A DNA stretch of 64,000 nt from Candidatus Eiseniibacteriota bacterium (lineage in GTDB: Bacteria; Eisenbacteria; RBG-16-71-46; CAVPCR01), in NCBI GenBank assembly GCA_963702435.1, contig CAVPCR010000003.1, positions 160,001 through 224,000 of the forward strand, in the 5' to 3' direction. Below the pieces are notes generated by a model. The model had not been told where the DNA came from, ran no database searches, and saw only the letters and a program-made list of their open reading frames with translations. The first letter of the stretch is position 1, and each line of letters opens with the position of its first letter. This document shows positions 58,331-64,000 of this stretch, piece by piece. A program made the position numbers and the translations under genes.

Positions 58331-59443
58331 TTACTTCGCGCCCGGTCGCTCGCGCTTGTAGAAAGGTTTCGCCATGACCCGGGCCGGAAACACCTGGTCG
58401 CGGATCGTCGCCTGGACCGGATCTCCCGCCGTCACCGTGCCGCTCGCGACGAGCGCAAGGGCATACCCCCCATCGAGCGTCGGCGCGAACATCCCGCTCG
58501 TCACCTCGCCGATCGGCTTTCCATCCCGCACGATCGCCGCTCCCTGCCGCGCGATCCGCGCGCCATCCATCTTCAGGCCGACGACGCGTCGCGGCACCCC
58601 CGCCTCGCGCTGGCGGCGGAGCGCATCCCCCCCGACAAACGACTTCTCGAGCTTGACCGCAAAGGCGATCCCCGCCTCGAGCGGCGTGATGTCGGCGGTG
58701 AGCTCGTGCCCGTAGAGGCAGAGCCCGGCCTCGAAGCGAAGCGTGTCGCGGGCGCCGAGCCCGGCCGGATGGACGCCGAGGTCGGCGCCCGCTCTCATGA
58801 GGCCGCGCCAGACGTCCTCCGCGGCGCCGGCCTCGACCATGAGCTCGTATCCGTCCTCCCCGGTGTAGCCGAGGCGGGCGATGATCGCCTCGTGCTCGAA
58901 GATGCGCCCGCGGCGGAAGCGGTAGTAGCCGATGTCGTCCACGCGCCCGCCCCCGGCCCGTCCGACGAGCTCCGGAGCGCGCGGCCCCTGCACGGCGATG
59001 AGCGCGGTCCGCGCCGAGATGTCCTCGAGGTCCACGCCGTGCGGCTTGTGGCTCGCGAGCCACTCGAAATCCTTCGGCGCGTTCGAGGCGTTGACGACCA
59101 TGTAGTAGTCGCCGGCGCCGGCGCGGTAGACGATCAGGTCGTCGACGGTGCCGCCGTTCTCGTAGCAGAGCGCCGAGTACACCGCCTGGCCGTCGGGAAT
59201 GCCGGCGATGCTATTGGTGACCATGTGGTCGAGGAAGGCCTCCGCTCCCGCCCCCCGGACATGGAACCGTCCCATGTGCGAGACGTCGAAGAGCCCCACG
59301 GCCTCGCGCACGGCGCGGTGCTCGGGGAGGATGCCGTCGTAGAGGAGAGGCATGTCCCACCCGGAGAAGTCGACCATCTTGGCGCCTAGCTCCCGGTGGA
59401 CGGCGTTGAGCGGAGTCTTCGCTGGCGGAGGGCCTCCGAGCAT
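58331..59443 (-). CDS. gcvT: Glycine cleavage system aminomethyltransferase T
   Basis: F.GWDMP, EH.AVR...GLFDVSHMG, VNASN, QGP, GYTGEDG.E, GLGARDTLR.EAG..LYGHE. Confidence 0.97.
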   Translation of the reverse strand: MLGGPPPAKTPLNAVHRELGAKMVDFSGWDMPLLYDGILPEHRAVREAVGLFDVSHMGRFHVRGAGAEAFLDHMVTNSIAGIPDGQAVYSALCYENGGTVDDLIVYRAGAGDYYMVVNASNAPKDFEWLASHKPHGVDLEDISARTALIAVQGPRAPELVGRAGGGRVDDIGYYRFRRGRIFEHEAIIARLGYTGEDGYELMVEAGAAEDVWRGLMRAGADLGVHPAGLGARDTLRFEAGLCLYGHELTADITPLEAGIAFAVKLEKSFVGGDALRRQREAGVPRRVVGLKMDGARIARQGAAIVRDGKPIGEVTSGMFAPTLDGGYALALVASGTVTAGDPVQATIRDQVFPARVMAKPFYKRERPGAK

Positions 59444-59506
59444 GGAGTTTCCTGGCTCCTTTCCGGCGGCCGTGGGGAATCGCCCGCCCAAGCGATCGAG
59501 CGGCCG

Positions 59507-59569
59507 AGTCTAGACCGGGCCCGGCGCCCAGTCAACGCCTTGAGCGGAGCGTAAGTTGCGTGCTATACT
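59507..59569. promoter_or_regulatory. Back-to-back sigma70-type promoters for the gcv operon (-) and the CotH gene (+)
   Basis: Minus: TTGACT-17-TAGACT (59535-59507). Plus: TTGAGC-18-TATACT with TG extension (59540-59569). Confidence 0.7.
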
Positions 59570-59727
59570 ACTATTGGACGGGAGTTCCCGCCGGACTCCC
59601 GGACTCCGTGTATCTCCGTGCTCCGCGCCCCGAGCCCACAGCGCGGCCGGCACGGCCCATGGCTGGCCGCGGGCGGCCAGCCCAGGATGGAAGCCGGCTC
59701 GCCCCCCCCCAGCGAGGATGATCGCCG

Positions 59728-62700
59728 ATGCGCGCTCGACGTCTCGAGGCTTCGCTCGTTTCTCCCCCGCTCGTTCTCCGCGCGGCCCTGCTGCTCCTGG
59801 TCGCCGCGGGAACCGCCGCGGTCCCCGCCCTCGGCTACGAGGTCCACGTGAACTGCGGCTCGGAGGACTACCTGGCCCAGGATGGCACCCTGTTCGTCGC
59901 CGATCGTGCGTACACGCCCGGAAGCTTCGGGTACATCGGCGGGTTCGACCAGTTCACCTGGCACGTGATCGGCGACACGCCGGATCAACCCCTCTATCAG
60001 TGGAACCGCATATACCAGACGGAGTACCGCTTCGACGTGCCGAACGGCGACTACCTCGTCACGCTCCACATGAGCGACAACCACAAGCATTCGACCGGGG
60101 AGTGCCAGTTCGACGTGCGCATCGAAGGCCAGGCGGCCCTCTCGAACATCGACCTCTACGCGCTAGTCTGGCGCACGTATGCGATCGATTTCACGCTGCG
60201 CGCCACGGTGGCCGACGGGGTGCTGAACGTCCAGTTCCAGCCCGACTTCGGCTTCGCCGCCATCTCGGCCATCTCGGTCGTCTCTCGCGCGCCCGATCTC
60301 ATCGCTCCGGCTCCGCCGGCCGGGCTCGTCGCTGCCGACAACTACGAGGCGGTGGCCCTCGACTGGGCGAACGGTCCCGAGGACGATCTCGCCGGCTACC
60401 AGGTCGAGCGGAGCTCGAACCCAGGCGGTCCGTTCACGACGGTCTCCGGGACGCTCGAGCGGGTCTCGCGGCGTCTCGATCCGCGGACCCCGGGCGGACC
60501 CTTCTACTACCGCGTACGCGCCGTGGACGCCTACGGCAACATCTCCGGGCCGAGCGGAGTCGTCTCGGCGATGTCGCTCGCCCAGAACGCGACGAGCCTC
60601 CCGCTCGTCCAGATCGTGATCCACCCGGACACCCTCGAGGTCCTCGACGACAACCCCGATCCGCAGCCGCCGGACCCGGATCGCTACGTGCAGCTCGACG
60701 TGGCGTTCGACAACACGCTCTACACCGACGCGATCGGGCGCTACCGGGGGAATGTCTCCCGCTCGCTGCTCAAGAAGTCCTGGAAGATCAAGCTGAATTC
60801 CGGCCTCTACGCCGGGCGCGACAACTTCAACCTGAACTCGGAGTACATCGACCGGTCGCTGCTCCGTGAGCGGATCTCCTACCAGCTGTTCGCCCGGAAC
60901 GGCTGCCCGACGCCCCGCTCCCGCTTCGTGCACCTCATCCTCAACGGCCAGTGGATGGGCGTCCGCAACGATATCGAGAACGTCGACGTCGAGTTCCTGG
61001 AACGAGTGGGCCTGTCCACGGTCAATGCCAACATGTACAAGCCGCAGGGGCCGCCGGCGCCTGCCAGCAACCTCTCCCCGCTGCCCACCGTCCAGCATTA
61101 CATGGCGGCCTACGAGAAGGAGCTCGGCGATCCGGGCGACTACAGCGATCTCATCGCCTTCATCAACGGCCTCAACTACACGTCATCCGACTCGCTGTTC
61201 CGTTTTGTGGCGACGCGCATGCACCTGAACCGGCTGGCCGACTTCTACGCCACCCAGGTCGTCCTCCAGAACACCGACCTGACCTTCAAGAACTGGCTAC
61301 TGCACCACGACCTGACGACGGATCGCTGGACGGTTGTTCCATTCGACGTCGACCTCACCTTCGGCAACGTCTGGCCGTTCAGCAACGTGTTCGCGTGCAA
61401 CGAGACGGTTTTCCTCGGTTCCGGGAACCGCCTGTTCCGCCTGATCCAGGACGTACCGGTGCTCCGCCAGCTCCACTTCGATCGCGTGCGGCAGATCCTG
61501 ACCACCACCTTCACCGGTCAGGCGACCGACGGGCTCATCGATTCCGCGTACGCGGAGGTCGAGGCCGACGCCGAGCGCGACTGGTGGAAGTGGGGCTGGG
61601 AGTCGAACGACTTCTTCCACGATGGGCCGGCCGAGCTCCGCACCTTCGTCAGCTGTCGCACGAACCACCTGTTCGGAGAGATCGCGCCCCTCGACGCGCC
61701 GCCGGCGCTCTGCGTCAACGAGCTGATGGCGTCGAACGCGACCACCATCACCGATGAATGGGGCGATCACGACGACTGGATCGAGCTCCTGAACCGGAGC
61801 GGCGCCCCGGTGAGCCTCCTCGGGCTCTACCTGACCGATGACCTCGCCGTGCCCGGTCGCTTCGCCCTTCCCGACACGACCCTCCTCCCCGGCCAGCGCG
61901 TCCTCGTGTGGGCGGACAACGAGCCATTCGAGGGGAAGTGGCACGCCCCGTTCAAGCTCGAGAAGAAGGGCGAGGCGGTGGGCATCTTCTCGGGAGCGCT
62001 CGCGACCTCGGCGCCGGTGGATGTGCGGGTCTTCGACCGCCAGCTCACCGACGCAAGCTATGGGCGGCTTCCCGACGGGAGCCCGTACTGGCAGATCCTC
62101 GCCACTCCCACTCCGGGGTCCGCCAACGCGGGCGGCGGCAACCTGAGGCCGCAGATCGACGACGTCGTCCACTTCCCGCCGGCCCCGCCGGCCAATGCGG
62201 ACGTGCGCGTGACCGCGTCCTTCTGGGACGACGGATCGCTCGCCGTGACCCAGCTCAAGTACGACGCCGGCGCCGGGTACGTCACGATGACCATGTACGA
62301 CGACGGCCTCCATGGCGACGGGGACGCCGGCGACGGGAACTACGGGGCCGTCGATTCCGGGGCAACCCTCGCTGACCACGGTCCACTACTACCTGCGGGC
62401 GGTGGACAACCTGGGCGCGCTCACCGACGATCCCGCGGGCGCGCCCCTCGTCACCTACAGCTTCATCACGGGCTACGAGCGTCCGCCGCTCTTCCTGAAC
62501 GAGTTCATGGCAGACGAACTCGGCCACGCATCCAGGACGAGCACGGCGACTACGACGACTGGGTGGAGCTCTACAACGCCGGACCGGACACGCTCGAGCT
62601 CGGCGGCAAGCACCTGACCGACAACCTGACGAACCCGACCAAGTGGATCTTCCCGGCGGTCGCGTTGCCCCCGGGCGAGTTCCTCCTCGTCTGGTGCGAC

Positions 62701-63230
62701 TCGCAGCCCTTACAGGGTCCGCTTCACGCGACGTTCAATGCTGTCGCGCCGCCGGGGAGCAACTCGGCCTCTTCGATACGATCGCGCTCGGCGTCGGCCT
62801 CATCGACTCGCTCCGCTTCGGCCACAGACCGCCGACGTGTCCTACGGGCGCCTCCCCGACGGCGGGCCATGGCGAGTTCCTCCTGCGTGCGACACCCGGA
62901 GCCACGAACGGCACCGGTAACGGGATCGAGCCACAGGGAGCCCCCGCCCGCGTGCTCGCGCTCCGCGGTCCCTATCCGAACCCGTTCAACCCGAGTGCCG
63001 TGTTCGAGCTCGAGCTGCCGGCGGCGGGGGCGGTCAGGGCGGGCATCTACGATGTGCGCGGCCGGCGGGTGCGGGTGCTCGCCGCGGAGGCGCCTCTTCC
63101 CATCGGCGTGCACCGGCTCACCTGGGACGGGCGAGACGAGCGCGGCCACCCGGTCGCCAGCGGCGTTTACTGGCTTCGCGTCGAGACGCCGCTCGGCGCC
63201 CGCGACGTCCGGGCCGTGCTGCTCCGCTAA
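59728..63230 (+). CDS. Secreted CotH-family kinase with malectin, FN3, lamin-tail and FlgD-Ig domains; about five frameshifts in the 3' part
   Basis: Malectin VNCG...PNGDY.V.LH; CotH RG..SR...KKSWKI, KNW, PFDVD.TFG; lamin-tail NELMA.N...DWIEL twice; MYDDG.HGD..AGDG; PNPFNP...WDGRD. The true end at 63230 is in another frame. Confidence 0.85.
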
Positions 63231-63675
63231 GACCGGACTGCAGGCCCCGAGCCGCACATCACCCGCTCATGAAAGCCTTTTCTTGGGAGCAAGAACGCGC
63301 GGCTGTACACTTTACCTGCGTCTAGCCACCGGCGCAGGCCGCGCAGAATCTCACACCGCGATTGTAGATTTCCCGTCCCGGAAAATACAGCGCACCTTGC
63401 GTTTTTCGTGGATCAAGTGACCTCCAAGTGATATTCTAGCCGCGGTTCGGGACAACGTAGTTCCCACACGGAGGTGTCCGTGGCCGCTCCGGGTCTACTG
63501 GTCCACATCTTCAGGCCGTGCCGTCTTCCTCGGCCCCCGCCCGCGTTCTCCAAAACTCGCCTAGATCTCCCCCAACCCTCTCTTTTTCCACCGTGTCCTG
63601 GCACTTGCGGTTGGGGTTTCGCCATGCCGGCGGACCCGACCAGCGTGCACCGACGAAGCACAGGAGAGGTCCGCC

Positions 63676-64000
63676 ATGAAGGTTGCCGCCCTCCTCTCGG
63701 CGATTCTCGCCGTCGCCCTCGCTCTGCCTGCCGCCGCTACCACTCCGCTCAGCACCTGGGGCACCACGATCACCCTCTCGAATGAGACCTATGTCCTGAC
63801 CGCCGACCTCGTCGATGCCGCCCAGGGCACGAGTGACTTCGGGATCCGCATCGCTCCGGGCGTACACGACATCGCGATCGACGGGAGCGGATTCCTGATC
63901 GACGGGCGGGACACGAGCGGCCCGGCCGACGACGACATCGGGATCGAGATCGTGGGGACCGCCGCCTCCCCCATCCGGAACGTCCGCATCCACGACCTTC
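63676..64000 (+). CDS. Secreted protein, probably a parallel beta-helix (runs off the window edge)
   Basis: Hand translation MKVAALLSAILAVALALPAATT...YVLTADL...GIRI....DIAIDGSGFLIDG...GIEI....IRNVRIHDL; SD AGGAGAGG. Confidence 0.75.
   Translation, partial: MKVAALLSAILAVALALPAAATTPLSTWGTTITLSNETYVLTADLVDAAQGTSDFGIRIAPGVHDIAIDGSGFLIDGRDTSGPADDDIGIEIVGTAASPIRNVRIHDL

Noticed and set aside
59444..59506. Glycine riboswitch upstream of gcvT
   Set aside because: The leader after the predicted promoter is only about 55 nt and lacks the GGAGA...CCGAAG...CTCTCAGG aptamer pattern.
62350..63420. Programmed frameshifting, or the 1230-aa ORF as the true product
   Set aside because: Multiple scattered indels without slippery heptamers, also seen in unrelated genes, fit sequencing error better.

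Overview
Very GC-rich bacterial chromosomal segment of about 45 genes, mostly on the minus strand. A PorV-family barrel, secreted proteins with PNPF(N/H)P FlgD-Ig C-terminal domains, a C-terminal SWGxIKxxY motif and a Bacteroidetes-type bS22 suggest an FCB-superphylum candidate lineage such as Eisenbacteria, Krumholzibacteriota or Latescibacterota (inference). Recognisable content: rpsU; a reprolysin-like protease; a mutagenesis cassette (small ImuB-C/DUF6504-like gene, dinB, dnaE2); two PilZ proteins; queE; tdh; tandem glgD-like/glgC; thiS, thiG and thiE/tenI; RNase R; bS22 (missed by the ORF track); HU/IHF; sppA; oppD/oppF; outer-membrane barrels; gcvT-H-PA-PB; and a CotH kinase. The most interesting block is 43.2-59.4 kb. 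There the glycine cleavage genes are followed by two hypotheticals, an interposed HNH nuclease, a GlmL-like ASKHA ATPase with no glutamate mutase in the window, a lipoyl-like/KOW protein, four membrane proteins (one DUF6754-like) and a lipoate ligase. This is a candidate uncharacterised membrane complex linked to glycine/lipoyl metabolism. Also noted: a candidate ~100-nt structured ncRNA, many near-consensus sigma70 promoters, several short tandem repeats, and about nine frameshifts that are probably sequencing indels. No CRISPR array, tRNA or rRNA was seen. All family calls come from motif recognition by eye, not from database searches.
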